The notes beneath the pieces are model-generated. The model was not told the origin of the DNA, searched no databases, and saw only the letters and a list, made by a program, of their open reading frames with translations. Shown piece after piece: positions 51,910 to 61,704 of a DNA stretch of 64,000 nucleotides. The translations under genes and the position numbers were made by a program. Position 1 is the stretch's first letter. Each line of letters opens with the position of its first letter. This stretch comes from Longimicrobiales bacterium (GTDB lineage: Bacteria > Gemmatimonadota > Gemmatimonadetes > Longimicrobiales > Gaopeijiaceae): the NCBI GenBank assembly GCA_965221265.1, contig OZ244873.1, positions 74,013-138,012 on the forward strand, given 5' to 3'.

Positions 51910-54612
51910 TCAGCCAGACGGATCCGGGATGCGCGCCACGATCACGCGGACGCCGAAGCGCTCCTCCTCGATGTCGACCAGGAAGGTCGCGCCGCCGCCC
52001 GCCTCGGCGGCCCGGAAGTCGTGGAAGCGCACGCCGCTGGCCGCCAGCTCGCCCCGGAAGGACCGGCTCGTCGCGAGGTCCGCCCACGGCACCACGGCGT
52101 CATCCGTCGCCCCCGTCGCCGTCACCGGCCACGGATAGCGCCCGGGCGGGTTGAGGGTCGCGGCGAACTCTCCAACCTCCGGAAAGTCGAATGCGGAGAA
52201 GCGCGGCACGCCGTCCGCCAGAACGTCCTCGGCTCCCGCCACGGTCATCGCCACCGCGTGCTGGGTCAGCAGCTCCCCGGGCGCCATGCCGCTCACGCTC
52301 CGCATGCCCGACAGACCGGGAGCGGTGAGGGAGTCGTTCAACGCGGCGACGAAGGCCTCGTCGTCGGCGATCGAGGTGCCCGCCCCGCCCAGCCAGTCGC
52401 GCAGGAAGCGGTGATAGTGCCAGCCGCTCCCGTAGATGTTGCCGCGCCCCCCGGGACTGAACGCGACCGCGTTGGGCCGATCGGTGAACGAGGCGAAAGC
52501 CGACGCCGTGCGCCCGATGAGGCTGACGAGCCCGTACACCTGGGGGTACGCCTGGTCGATCCCCGCGCGAAGCAACCCGCCGGTGACCCGCGCTGTGGCA
52601 TCCGGTCCGCCCGCCGCCTCCCACGCCCGTCGCGAGCTCATCTCCTTGGCGATCTCGGCCCTGCCCTCCTCGATCCAGATCGGATTGAAGGCGGGCTCGG
52701 TCGCGCCCGCCACCCCCAGGGAATGCCGCACCCGCTTGTACAGCGAGCTGACGTGCTTCACCTCGTGCACGAGGCCGCCGAAGGCCCAGTACTTGTCGTT
52801 GTCGAGCTGGGCGAAGGCGCCGGCGCTCATGCGCACCAGCTCCATCTCGTTGGATGAGCCGCAGATGGACCGGGGGAGCGTGTGGTCGCCCGCCCATACG
52901 AACGCCCGGATGCCGGAGAGCGTCGGGTCGACCACCACGACCACGCGGCCGTCGCCGTTGACGTCGCTCACGCCCCCGAAGTAGCGCTCGATCACGGGAG
53001 CCCCGTGGGCCGCGTAGAACGCGAGAATGCGGTCTGCGTTGGTCTTGGAGATCCCGCCCGTCTCCTCCGCGTCCTCGTAGATGGCGATGTGTGGGTTCTC
53101 GGTGACCAGGCGGGCGTTCAGGGTGGCGAAGGCCCCACAGCGAGCCGCGGGCTCGGCGGTGGGGTTGTACAGGCGAAAGGTCCGCGTCGGGGGACTCGGG
53201 CGCCCATCGGCGGCCACGACCGCCCGAACCTCGCGGGACCGGTCGGGAAGGGTCGCCAGGCGCCCCTGCGCGGCCAAGCGCGAGAACAGCTCGCGCTCCT
53301 GTCGGCGCATCTCCCCATGGAGGGCCGCGTTGGCGCGCTCGATCTCCCGGATCTCCCGCAGCTCGCGGTCCGGAGCGCCCTGGCGCCACGTCCGCGCGGT
53401 GGCGACGCCGTCCACACGCGGTCGCGTCGCCGCCGCGGTCACCCGGCCGGGGGCGGCCGAATCGGCCTCGACGCGCAGCGCGACCGGAACGACGCCCTCC
53501 GTCCCCGCCTCGCGCCCGTCGTACTCGGTCGGGTCGGTTCCCACCAGCGTCACGCGGTAGTACGCGCCCGCCTCGGGAACGCGCACGTGGAACCCGCATC
53601 CCCGGATGGCGCCCGCTTCGAAAACGCGCACCTCCCCGAGCCGCAACCCCAGCGGCGCGTCGCATGCGCGCAAGGTGAACCCGCGAACCGCCTCCGTCCC
53701 CTCCGAGTCCACCAGCCGCACCTCCACGGCGACCGTGGCCGTGTCCTCCGGAACGCCTTGAATGGTCCCGCCGGAATCCAACCGCAGCCCCGCCGGCAGG
53801 CTGCCTCCCTCCCCCAAGCTCCACGCGTACCCCTCCGTGGAACCACCCCGCGCGCGCAGCGTGAGCGCGTAGGGAAGCGTGAGCCGCGCCCGCGGCAGGG
53901 AGTCGGTCTCGATCGTCAGGGGCAACCGCTCGCCGGTGGCGCGGAACTCGGTGGTGACGCTCCCGGAGGTGACGGTCAACGTGTGCTCGGCGGCGGTGCC
54001 CAGAGTCCACGCGGTCTGCGCGAGGCCGGCCGCGTTGGTCTGGGTGGACGCGAGCGTCACGGAACCGCCCCCCGACGTGACCGCGAAGCGCACGGACGCC
54101 AAGCCGGCGGGGTGGCCGCCCGCATCCGTTACGCGAACGATGGCCGCGAGCGGGAGTCGCTCGCCGATGAAGCCCACCTGAAGGTCTCCGGCCACCTTCT
54201 CGATCGCGTGCGGCTCCTGGATCACGATGACCGGGACCTGCGCGGCGAGCGCCCCGGAGGTGGCCGTCACGGTGGCCGATCCGGTCGCGACCGCCGTGAC
54301 CACCCCGGTGTCCCAGTCGACCATGGCCGTGCCCGGCCGGTCGCTCGTCCACGCCACCCTTTGGCCCGCCACCACGTCGGCGTGATGGTCCAGCACCTCC
54401 GCCCGCAGACGCCCGGTCTGGCCGATGGCGGTGAGCGTCATGTCCCGCGGCGTGATCACCAGGGTCGCCGGGATCCCCGGGGGCGGGGCGGCCGGGCCGT
54501 CGTCGCACGAGAGCAGCAGGGCCGCGCACAGGCACGCGCGCAGGGGGCGGGGCAGCGCGGGGAAGGGTCGGTCCGGGCCGCGACGCGGCGGGGATGCGGG
54601 GTGGGGCGGCAT
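51910..54612 (-). CDS. large secreted lipoprotein with N-terminal Ig-like (Big_2-type) domains and a C-terminal HExxH metalloprotease-like domain; paralog of 26653..30126
   Basis: Lipobox LLLSCDDG. Big-like VITPRDMTLTAIGQTGRLRAEVLD...VTAVATGSATVTATSG. C-terminal YFGGVSDVNGDGR...GLVHEVKHVS aligns with YFGGLSDVDGNGR...LVAHEVTHLIQ of the other protein. Confidence 0.8.
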   Translation of the reverse strand: MPPHPASPPRRGPDRPFPALPRPLRACLCAALLLSCDDGPAAPPPGIPATLVITPRDMTLTAIGQTGRLRAEVLDHHADVVAGQRVAWTSDRPGTAMVDWDTGVVTAVATGSATVTATSGALAAQVPVIVIQEPHAIEKVAGDLQVGFIGERLPLAAIVRVTDAGGHPAGLASVRFAVTSGGGSVTLASTQTNAAGLAQTAWTLGTAAEHTLTVTSGSVTTEFRATGERLPLTIETDSLPRARLTLPYALTLRARGGSTEGYAWSLGEGGSLPAGLRLDSGGTIQGVPEDTATVAVEVRLVDSEGTEAVRGFTLRACDAPLGLRLGEVRVFEAGAIRGCGFHVRVPEAGAYYRVTLVGTDPTEYDGREAGTEGVVPVALRVEADSAAPGRVTAAATRPRVDGVATARTWRQGAPDRELREIREIERANAALHGEMRRQERELFSRLAAQGRLATLPDRSREVRAVVAADGRPSPPTRTFRLYNPTAEPAARCGAFATLNARLVTENPHIAIYEDAEETGGISKTNADRILAFYAAHGAPVIERYFGGVSDVNGDGRVVVVVDPTLSGIRAFVWAGDHTLPRSICGSSNEMELVRMSAGAFAQLDNDKYWAFGGLVHEVKHVSSLYKRVRHSLGVAGATEPAFNPIWIEEGRAEIAKEMSSRRAWEAAGGPDATARVTGGLLRAGIDQAYPQVYGLVSLIGRTASAFASFTDRPNAVAFSPGGRGNIYGSGWHYHRFLRDWLGGAGTSIADDEAFVAALNDSLTAPGLSGMRSVSGMAPGELLTQHAVAMTVAGAEDVLADGVPRFSAFDFPEVGEFAATLNPPGRYPWPVTATGATDDAVVPWADLATSRSFRGELAASGVRFHDFRAAEAGGGATFLVDIEEERFGVRVIVARIPDPSG

Positions 54613-54668
54613 GGTCGGGAGGCGATGGGGGTGCGACGCGCAAGCGACAGGCGTGCAAGATAGGAGAC

Positions 54669-55433
54669 CTACCCCGCGAGCACCGCCCCCCCGTTCACGT
54701 TCAGGATCTCGCCGGTGACGTGCCGACCCAGCTCGGAGCACAGGAAGACCACGGGGCCCGCCACGTCCTCGGCGGTCGCGATGCGCCCGATGGGAATGGA
54801 GGCCGCGATGCGCTCCCGGCCGCCGTTGTCGTAGGCGGTGGCCGACATCTCGGTGTCCACCCACCCCGGCGCGACGCAGTTGACGGTGACGCCCCGGGGC
54901 GCGAGCTCGATGCAGAAGCTCTTCACGAACGAACCCAGCGCGCCCTTGGCCGCCGCGTAGTCGGCGTGGTACGCCTCCCCCCGCTGCCCCGCCGTGCTGC
55001 CGATCAGCACGATCCGGCCATCCCGGCGAAGCGTGCGCGCGGCGCTCCGGCAGCTGTAGAACATCGAGTGCAGGTCGGCCGCCATGGTCCGGTGCCAGCG
55101 CTCGTCGCCGAGGTCCGCCACGGGGGTGTCGGCCGCCGGCCAGATGCCGTGGTTGCCCACGAAGATGTCCAAACCGTCGAACTCGCTCGCCGCGCGCGCG
55201 AACAGGTCGTCGACGGCCTCCCGGCGGGACAGGTCGCCGCCCGCCGTCCACGCCGTCGCGCCAAGGCGGCGCGCCTCCTCCGCCACCTCCTCCGCCTCGT
55301 CGCGGCGGCTGCGGTAGGCGATGCCCACCGACGCCCCCGCCCGCGCCAGCTGCAGCGCGACCGCCCTTCCCACGCCGCGGGAGGCTCCCGTCACCAAGGC
55401 GTTCCGTCCACGAAGGTCAATGAGATCGTTCAT
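54669..55433 (-). CDS. SDR-family oxidoreductase
   Basis: ALVTGASRGVGRAV; NHG; catalytic YxxxK (YAAAKGAL); PG motif APGWVDT. Confidence 0.85.
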   Translation of the reverse strand: MNDLIDLRGRNALVTGASRGVGRAVALQLARAGASVGIAYRSRRDEAEEVAEEARRLGATAWTAGGDLSRREAVDDLFARAASEFDGLDIFVGNHGIWPAADTPVADLGDERWHRTMAADLHSMFYSCRSAARTLRRDGRIVLIGSTAGQRGEAYHADYAAAKGALGSFVKSFCIELAPRGVTVNCVAPGWVDTEMSATAYDNGGRERIAASIPIGRIATAEDVAGPVVFLCSELGRHVTGEILNVNGGAVLAG

Positions 55434-55494
55434 CCCACCCAGTCTCCAATATGTGTCTCGAGTTTCCACCGGCGGGCGCGGGACGCCCGGGCCG

Positions 55495-58248
55495 TCACTC
55501 CCACCGATACCCGAGTCTGAGGTAATAGAAGCCGCCGTTCGACCCGAACGGGGCGTTGGGACCATACCGATTCCCCGAAAAGACCGCGTTCGGGTTTTCC
55601 CGCGGGTAGCTGTTGAGCGCGTTCTGCCCCCCGACCGTCGCGGTCGCCGCGTCGTTCAACGCAACCGACACCTCCAGGTCGAGGAGGTACGCTCCGGGGT
55701 AGGAGACGTCGTCCCGCGAATCGAACCACCCGGCGTGACGGCTGATCCGACCCATCAGGCGCGCGGCGCCGAGGGCGCGCTTGCCGGTGAGCAGCCAGCG
55801 GTACGCGGGGAGGCCCTCCTGCAGCTGTCGAAGGCGGGTGGCGTCCACGACCTCCGGGTCGTACCCGGTCACGCGCGTGTCGGTGCGATTGAAGGCGAGG
55901 CTCAGCTCGGTCGCGCCGGTGGCGCGTGGGACCCAGGTGGCGACGATGTCGACACCCTGGGTTCGGGTCCGGAAGTCGTTGGTGAAGAAGCGGAAGTTCC
56001 TCAGGTTGGTCGCGCTCGAGATGCCCTCCGCAACCAGCTGGGCCTTTTCCGCCGGCGTCAGCGCGAACGTCTGGGTGAGCGCCAAGCGGTCGGAGACGCG
56101 GACGCGAAAGTAGTCCGCGGTCAGCTGGAAGCGACCCGCTCCCACCACCGCGCCCAGCGCCAGGTTGCGCGACTTCTCCGCGTCGAGGGGTTCCCCGCCC
56201 CGCAGCTGGGCGACCCTCGAGGTCGAGGGAATGGTGCCGTTGTTTACCAGATCGCCGAGCTCGCGGTTGAACTGGGTCGACACGTTGAAGGCGTTCTGCT
56301 GGCCGGGCGTCGGGGCGCGGAAGCCCGTGCTCAGGCCACCCCGCACGGCAAACCCCTCCAAGAGCGCGTAGCGGGCCGCGAGCTTCCCGTTCAGGGTCGC
56401 TCCGAAGTCCTCGAAGTTCTCGAAGCGGAGCGCGCCCCCCAGACTCCAGCGCCCATCCTCCGGGTCCGACACCTCGGCGTCGCCGTAGAAGGCGTGGTTG
56501 GCGCGGCGCCAGCTTCCGGCCGCGATCGGGCTGAAGCCGGGAAAACCGTTGGACCCCGCGCTGAAGCCCTGGGCCGCGAACGGCCCGATGACCCACGACT
56601 CCTCCTGGCCCAGCCCGATGGTGAAGCGCTCTTCGCGCCACTCGGCCCCGCCGGCGAGGTTGACCATGTCGCCGGGGGCGTATCCCAAGTCGACGTTGAC
56701 GTTGACCTCCTCCTGCCGGTACAGGCCCGGGTCGAACGCGTCGGGCGTCGCGGGCCCCAGCGAGGCGTTGACGGTGTTGAAGATGAAGAAGTCCACCTCG
56801 CTGGCGCCGTAGCCGGCGCTGGCGTCCCAGAGCAGGCCGTCGGCCGTCTGGCCCTTCACTCCGGCGACAAGGGACGCGTCGGTCACGTCGCCCCCGAACT
56901 GGGGCGTGAACCCGCCCGGGAACATCTCCTGGAAGGTGAAGCAGTTGGGGTCGGCCATCACCCGGGCGAGCGCCGCCTGGTCGGGCAACCCGTTGCTCAC
57001 CCGGACCACGGGACATCCCGCCGACCCGTCCGCCACTCCGTCCCGGGCATCGAGCGCGTCGCCGATGAGCAGGGTTTCGCCGCCGTCGATGCTGTAGACC
57101 GCCGCGCGCGTGTTGGGGTTGCGGAAGAAGAAACCACCCGTGACCCGTTCGCCGGCGTAGTTGGCGTGGGCGTACAGCTGCGTGCCCCCGGGCAGCAGGT
57201 GGCCGAAGTTGCCCCAGAGCTTCACGTCGTCCTCGATTCGGGGTGAACCCCACACCTGGGCGGGATCGCGCACGTGGGTGTTCCCCACCGAGGTCAACAG
57301 GGCGGCGTCCGAGCGCTGCACGCTGCGGCTGGTGGCGGCGGAGTTTCCGTACTCCGCGCTCAGGTTGGCGAACCCGAACGCGCCCAGCGGCAACCCGACG
57401 TTGCCCGCCACCGTGTACGACTCGCCCCCGCCGTCCGCGAACCCTCCGCCGCGCACCTCGAGGGCGCCCCCCGAACGGTCGTTCCTGAGCTCCAGGTTCA
57501 TGACCCCGGCGATGGCGTCGGAGCCGTACTGCGCGGAGGCGCCGTCGCGCAGCACCTCCGCCTGGCGCAGGGCGATGGCGGGGATGCTCGACAGGTCGGG
57601 TCCCTGAGCGCCATCGGAGGTGCCGTTGCCGATCCACAGGATGGCGGCCGCGCGATGGCGCCGCTTCCCGTTGACCAGCACCAAGGTGTGGTCGGGCGCG
57701 AGACCGCGCAGGTTGGCCGGACGAATGATCTTGGCCGCGTCGCCGGTGGCTTGCGGGTTGATGTTGAAGGAGGGCACCACGGTCCGTAGCAGGTCGCCCA
57801 CGTCGGTGTCGCCCTGGTCGACCAGGTCCGAGGAGGGGATGGCGTCGATGGGCACCATGGATTCGGCGACGGTGCGCGGGCGGGCGCGGCTGCCGACCGC
57901 GACCACGCCCTCCAGGGCGATGGCCTCCGGTGTCAGGAGGACGTCGAGGCGGGTCGTCCCGCCGGCGGCGATGGTCGCGTCGCGGCGCTCGGTGCGATAC
58001 CCGACGAGGCGAACCTCGACGCCATGGGCGCCGCTCGGGACGCCCGCCAACCGGTAGTGGCCATCCGGATCGGTGATGCCGCCCGACCCGAGCTCCGGCA
58101 GGACGATCTGGACCCCGGCCAGGGGCCGTCCCGACGCCGCGTCGCGCACATGTCCCTCCAACGCACCCTGGCCCCAGAGCGCACCATGGGTCGGGAGCGC
58201 GCCCGCGAGCCAAGCGAGGAGGACCGGGGCTCGGAGAAGGGACCTCAC
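55495..58248 (-). CDS. TonB-dependent receptor with N-terminal carboxypeptidase-regulatory-like domain
   Basis: Signal peptide. CarbopepD_reg-like GHVRDAASGRPLAGVQIVLPELGSGGITDPDGHYRLAGVPSG. Plug domain (IEDVKVxxG). Long beta-barrel with a terminal aromatic-rich strand. The overlapping ORF 55430..58213 in another frame is spurious. Confidence 0.9.
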   Translation of the reverse strand: MRSLLRAPVLLAWLAGALPTHGALWGQGALEGHVRDAASGRPLAGVQIVLPELGSGGITDPDGHYRLAGVPSGAHGVEVRLVGYRTERRDATIAAGGTTRLDVLLTPEAIALEGVVAVGSRARPRTVAESMVPIDAIPSSDLVDQGDTDVGDLLRTVVPSFNINPQATGDAAKIIRPANLRGLAPDHTLVLVNGKRRHRAAAILWIGNGTSDGAQGPDLSSIPAIALRQAEVLRDGASAQYGSDAIAGVMNLELRNDRSGGALEVRGGGFADGGGESYTVAGNVGLPLGAFGFANLSAEYGNSAATSRSVQRSDAALLTSVGNTHVRDPAQVWGSPRIEDDVKLWGNFGHLLPGGTQLYAHANYAGERVTGGFFFRNPNTRAAVYSIDGGETLLIGDALDARDGVADGSAGCPVVRVSNGLPDQAALARVMADPNCFTFQEMFPGGFTPQFGGDVTDASLVAGVKGQTADGLLWDASAGYGASEVDFFIFNTVNASLGPATPDAFDPGLYRQEEVNVNVDLGYAPGDMVNLAGGAEWREERFTIGLGQEESWVIGPFAAQGFSAGSNGFPGFSPIAAGSWRRANHAFYGDAEVSDPEDGRWSLGGALRFENFEDFGATLNGKLAARYALLEGFAVRGGLSTGFRAPTPGQQNAFNVSTQFNRELGDLVNNGTIPSTSRVAQLRGGEPLDAEKSRNLALGAVVGAGRFQLTADYFRVRVSDRLALTQTFALTPAEKAQLVAEGISSATNLRNFRFFTNDFRTRTQGVDIVATWVPRATGATELSLAFNRTDTRVTGYDPEVVDATRLRQLQEGLPAYRWLLTGKRALGAARLMGRISRHAGWFDSRDDVSYPGAYLLDLEVSVALNDAATATVGGQNALNSYPRENPNAVFSGNRYGPNAPFGSNGGFYYLRLGYRWE

Positions 58249-58250
58249 CG

Positions 58251-58961
58251 TTACAACCCGCCGTCGACGAGCAGGCTCTCGCCGGTGACGTAGGACGACG
58301 CGTCCGAGATCAGGAAGGCCACCATCTCCGCCACCTCGCGGGTGCGCGCGGGTCGGCCGGCCGGGATGGTGGCGCGCGCGGCCTCATCGACCGGATAGCT
58401 GTCGACGTAGCCGGGCAGCACGTCGTTCATGCGGATGCCGTCGGCGGCGTGGCGCGCGGCGTACATGCGCGTGAAGGCCCCCAACCCCGCCCGGATGGCC
58501 GACGAGATGGGAAAGGCGGCGGTGGGTCGCTTCGCCCCGAAGGTCGAGATGTTCACGATGGAGCCTCCACCCCCGGCCTTCAGGACGGGGGTCACCAGAC
58601 GGCTCATGCGCACCACGTTGAGGAGCAGCAGGTCCAGGCCGTCGTGCCACGCGCGGTCGTCCAGCTCGAGCAGGTCGCCGCGCGCCGCGTGCCCGGTGTT
58701 GTTGACCACCCCGTCCACCCGACCGAAGCGGTCGAGCGCGCCCGCCACCAGCCGGGCCAGGTCGTCCGGCTCGGTCACCGAACCCCGGATGCCCCATCCC
58801 CCCAGCCGCTCCGCCAGCGCGCGCGCCTCGTCCGAGCGGGACATGAGGGCCACCCGGTACCCGCGCTCGGCCAGCAGGCGGGCGCACGCCGCCCCCATGC
58901 CCCGCCCCGCCGCCGTGACCAGGGCGACGGGCGCGCCGGAACCCCCGCCGGGAGCGCTCAC
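58251..58961 (-). CDS. SDR-family oxidoreductase
   Basis: GTG start VSAPGGGSGAPVALVTAAGRGMGAA; NNTG; catalytic Tyr/Lys region; LPGYVDS. Confidence 0.8.
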   Translation of the reverse strand: MSAPGGGSGAPVALVTAAGRGMGAACARLLAERGYRVALMSRSDEARALAERLGGWGIRGSVTEPDDLARLVAGALDRFGRVDGVVNNTGHAARGDLLELDDRAWHDGLDLLLLNVVRMSRLVTPVLKAGGGGSIVNISTFGAKRPTAAFPISSAIRAGLGAFTRMYAARHAADGIRMNDVLPGYVDSYPVDEAARATIPAGRPARTREVAEMVAFLISDASSYVTGESLLVDGGL

Positions 58962-59066
58962 GGGACGCGCACCCCGGGTGAACGCGGGGATCCCCCGCCG
59001 GGTAGGAGCGGAACGGGCAGGGCGCCCGCACCCCGCCAACCACCACCGGACCGAACCCTGCGCAGA

Positions 59067-59417
59067 CTCCTCCTCGCCCTCGGCATCAACGCGGCCGCGC
59101 TCTGGGTCGCGGCCCGACTCGTGGCCGGCATCCGGCTCGGCGACCGGTTCGAGGAGGTCGTGGTGGTCGCGGCCATCTTCGGGCTGGTCAACGCGCTCAT
59201 CAAACCCGTGGTGCGGTTCTTCGCCTTTCCCGTCATCCTCATCACCCTGGGGCTGTTCACCCTCGTCATCAACGCCGGCATGCTCATGCTCGCCGGGTGG
59301 CTGGCGGACGGCTTGGTCGTGGCCGGCTTCACGTCGGCCCTCCTCGGCAGCCTGGTCATCTCGTTCGCGAGCCTCGTGCTGGGGTCCATTCTGGACGTGA
59401 GGGGCAAACGGGAGTAG
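59067..59417 (+). CDS. phage-holin-4_2 / YvlD-like small membrane protein
   Basis: LRRLLLALGINAAALWVAARLVAGIRLGD...VVRFFAFPVILITLGLFTLVINAGMLMLAGWL, typical of the YvlD/holin-4_2 family. No canonical ATG/GTG start found (CTG 59067?), so the 5' boundary is uncertain. Confidence 0.45.
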   Translation, partial: LLLALGINAAALWVAARLVAGIRLGDRFEEVVVVAAIFGLVNALIKPVVRFFAFPVILITLGLFTLVINAGMLMLAGWLADGLVVAGFTSALLGSLVISFASLVLGSILDVRGKRE

Positions 59418-59586
59418 CGGGGTTCAGGGCCTCTCCGGCGGCCCATGGCGCGCGTTCCGGCCCGTCCGCGGGTCACGTGAGGGGCGTCTGGTATCATGGG
59501 GATCTCCCGCGTAGTATCATGACGTTGCCTTCATGGTATCACGCGCGATGGCGGGATGACTCGCTCGACGCGACCGGACATCCCGG

Positions 59587-60189
59587 TCACGGCACCACCG
59601 GATAGTACCACACCCGCTGGATGAGGCCGTCGCGCACCTGATAGACCGCGAGCGAAGCCTGCGAGCGGTCCTCCCCGTCGGGCGCCGTCCAGGAGGCCCG
59701 TTCACGCACCGCCACGAAGTCGCCGGTGACGACCGCGTCCTCGATCTCGGACCGAACCGTGGGCTGGGCCTCGAAGTAGGTGGCCATGTAGTCGCGCAGC
59801 AACTCGCGGCCCCTCACCTCGACCGAGACGACGCTTCCGCGCACGTTCACCCACTCGACGGCGGGCGACACCCAGGCCAGCAGATCCTCCGCGTCGTGCC
59901 GGTTGAAGGCGTCGACGTGCCCCCGCACCACCGCCAACGGCCCGGCGACCTCCGCGTCCGGCGCAGCGTCGGAGGACGGGGCACAGGCGAATCCGACCGC
60001 GGCCGCCACGAAGACCAACGCGCCGGCCACGAGCCACGTCCCGGGCCACCATCCGCCCGCGCGAGGCGCGAGGTCGTGCGCGCAAGCCGTTGCCGCGATC
60101 GTGGACCACCATCCGCCCGCGCGAGGGGCGAGGTCGTGCGCGCACCGGCCGGGATCCGCGGTGGCGTGTTTGGGCCGCTCGGGTACCAT
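59587..60189 (-). CDS. SnoaL/NTF2-like domain protein with N-terminal membrane anchor
   Basis: VRGHVDAFNRHDAEDLLAWVSPAVEWV is typical of the SnoaL-like fold. An internal 39-bp direct repeat encodes duplicated CAHDLAPRAGGWW. Confidence 0.6.
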   Translation of the reverse strand: MVPERPKHATADPGRCAHDLAPRAGGWWSTIAATACAHDLAPRAGGWWPGTWLVAGALVFVAAAVGFACAPSSDAAPDAEVAGPLAVVRGHVDAFNRHDAEDLLAWVSPAVEWVNVRGSVVSVEVRGRELLRDYMATYFEAQPTVRSEIEDAVVTGDFVAVRERASWTAPDGEDRSQASLAVYQVRDGLIQRVWYYPVVP

Positions 60190-60293
60190 CTCCTCCCTCC
60201 TCATCCCTCACTCATGGCGTTCCATGGACGCATCCGCCCCGCGCACCGGGAGCGGCCAGGCCTCGAGCCGGCACGACGCACGGCGTGGCACCT

Positions 60294-60986
60294 CTACCCC
60301 GAAACCATCCGCGCCAGGGTCGCCAGATCCGGCACTTCCAGATCGGGCCGGGCGCTCACCGGCATGGTGGCGCCCGATCCGCCGTGGGGCGAAACGCGGT
60401 TCACGTGCACCGTGGCCCATCCGAGCCGCTTGGCCGGGACGACGTCGTGGAAGAGGCTCTGGGCGACGTGCAGGATGGCGTTGACGGGCAGACCCAGGCG
60501 TTCCACCGCCAGCTCGAAGTTGCGCTGGTCGGGTTTGTAGGCGCCCACCTGCTGGGCCGTGACGACCTCGTCGAATTCAACCCCCAGGCGGCGGCGGGAG
60601 AAGGCGAACAGGTCGTCGTCCACGTTGGAGATCACCGCCAGCCGATGGCGCGACGCGAGCGTGCGCAGGGCGTCGATGGTGTCGTCGAAGGGAGTCCAGT
60701 CGGCGATGGACTCGGGGAGCGAGGCCCGTTCCGCCGGGCTGGGGGCGAAGCCGAGCTCGCGTCCGAACTCGTCCACGACCCGGGACAGCACCTCCCGGTA
60801 GGCGAGGTAGGGGCCGGCCTGGATGGACGACTCGAAGCGCGCGAAGTGCTCGAGGATCCGCGCCGGAGGGAGCTCGCGACCGTGCGCGCCCAATACGCCC
60901 TGGACGGCGCGCACAATCCCGGTCTCCCAGTCGATGAGCGTGCCGTAGCAGTCGAAGGTGAGGACCTTGAAGGATGAGAGGTTCAT
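60294..60986 (-). CDS. HAD-family hydrolase, L-2-haloacid dehalogenase-like (type II)
   Basis: Motif I FDCYGTLID, motif II ISN, motif III region K...DDD-like, C-terminal AQSLFHDVVPAKRLGWATVHVNR. Confidence 0.85.
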   Translation of the reverse strand: MNLSSFKVLTFDCYGTLIDWETGIVRAVQGVLGAHGRELPPARILEHFARFESSIQAGPYLAYREVLSRVVDEFGRELGFAPSPAERASLPESIADWTPFDDTIDALRTLASRHRLAVISNVDDDLFAFSRRRLGVEFDEVVTAQQVGAYKPDQRNFELAVERLGLPVNAILHVAQSLFHDVVPAKRLGWATVHVNRVSPHGGSGATMPVSARPDLEVPDLATLARMVSG

Positions 60987-61225
60987 CGCTCGCCCCCGCT
61001 CATCGCCTTCTCGGCGCGTCGCCGCCGCGCGCGCGCCACCGCCTCGCCCACCAGCGGCCCGGCCAGCCCGCCGATGGTGCCGCCCAACACCATCATGAAC
61101 CCCAGCGGACCGAGGGTCGCCACCAGCCCCACCCCCGAGGCGACGGCCTGGTAGACGCTCGCCACCCCGAAGGCGAGCGCGCCCGCCACGAATCCGATCA
61201 GGGTACGTCGCACGATCCGGTTCAT
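60983..61225 (-). CDS. hypothetical small membrane protein (80 aa)
   Basis: Two TM helices. Stop overlaps the HAD start (ATGA) and start overlaps the cytochrome c stop (ATGA). Appears only as the tail of a long spurious ORF in the track. Confidence 0.4.
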   Translation of the reverse strand: MNRIVRRTLIGFVAGALAFGVASVYQAVASGVGLVATLGPLGFMMVLGGTIGGLAGPLVGEAVARARRRRAEKAMSGGER

Positions 61226-61659
61226 CGACCCACTCCGTTTGTGGTTGCCTCGCGGTTCGCGTCGACCCCGCCCGGCCCGTCCGCGAGCCCGCGCGTCTCC
61301 AGCAGGTAGCGCGCGGTTGCCCGGTATTCCGCGTCGGTCATGGTTCCCGGGGCCTCGTAGGGCATCGCCAGACGCAGGTAACGGGTCAGGGCCTCCTCGT
61401 CGCCGCGCGAGGCCAGCGTGGACGCGGTGATCTCGGCTCCGACCGCGCCCTCGACGTCGTGGCAGAAGGCGCACCGGCGGGCATACACCACCGCCCCGTC
61501 GACGGGCGGGTCGCTCCGGCCACCCAGCAGGACCCCGGCCGCGGTCAATCCCACCGCGACCAGCGAGAGCGCGACGGACACCCGCGCGAGCCCGGCGGCC
61601 CGTGGACGAACCCTCCCGGGCGTCACCGTCGGACCGGGCCCCGGCGGGTCGCCGACCAT
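61222..61659 (-). CDS. monohaem c-type cytochrome
   Basis: CxxCH motif CAFCHD. N-terminal signal/anchor. Downstream of a sulfite-oxidase-family Mo enzyme (SorB-like position). Confidence 0.8.
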   Translation of the reverse strand: MVGDPPGPGPTVTPGRVRPRAAGLARVSVALSLVAVGLTAAGVLLGGRSDPPVDGAVVYARRCAFCHDVEGAVGAEITASTLASRGDEEALTRYLRLAMPYEAPGTMTDAEYRATARYLLETRGLADGPGGVDANREATTNGVGR

Positions 61660-61704
61660 TCCTCAACGACGGGCGGGTGGGAGCGACCGCCGCACGCGTC
61701 CACC

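Noticed and set aside
52100-58213. ORFs 52100..54658 (-) and 55430..58213 (-), plus various 100-600 aa + strand ORFs in 52.8-57.8 kb
   Set aside because: Alternative frames of the Big_2/HExxH lipoprotein and the TonB-dependent receptor. The receptor frame (55495..58248) has signal peptide, plug and barrel motifs; the others do not.
59040-59417. Long ORF 58449..59417 (+) as the true extent of the YvlD-like gene
   Set aside because: The upstream 200 aa are antisense to the SDR gene 58251..58961. Only the C-terminal ~115 aa are hydrophobic and holin/YvlD-like. The start codon is unresolved (possibly non-canonical).
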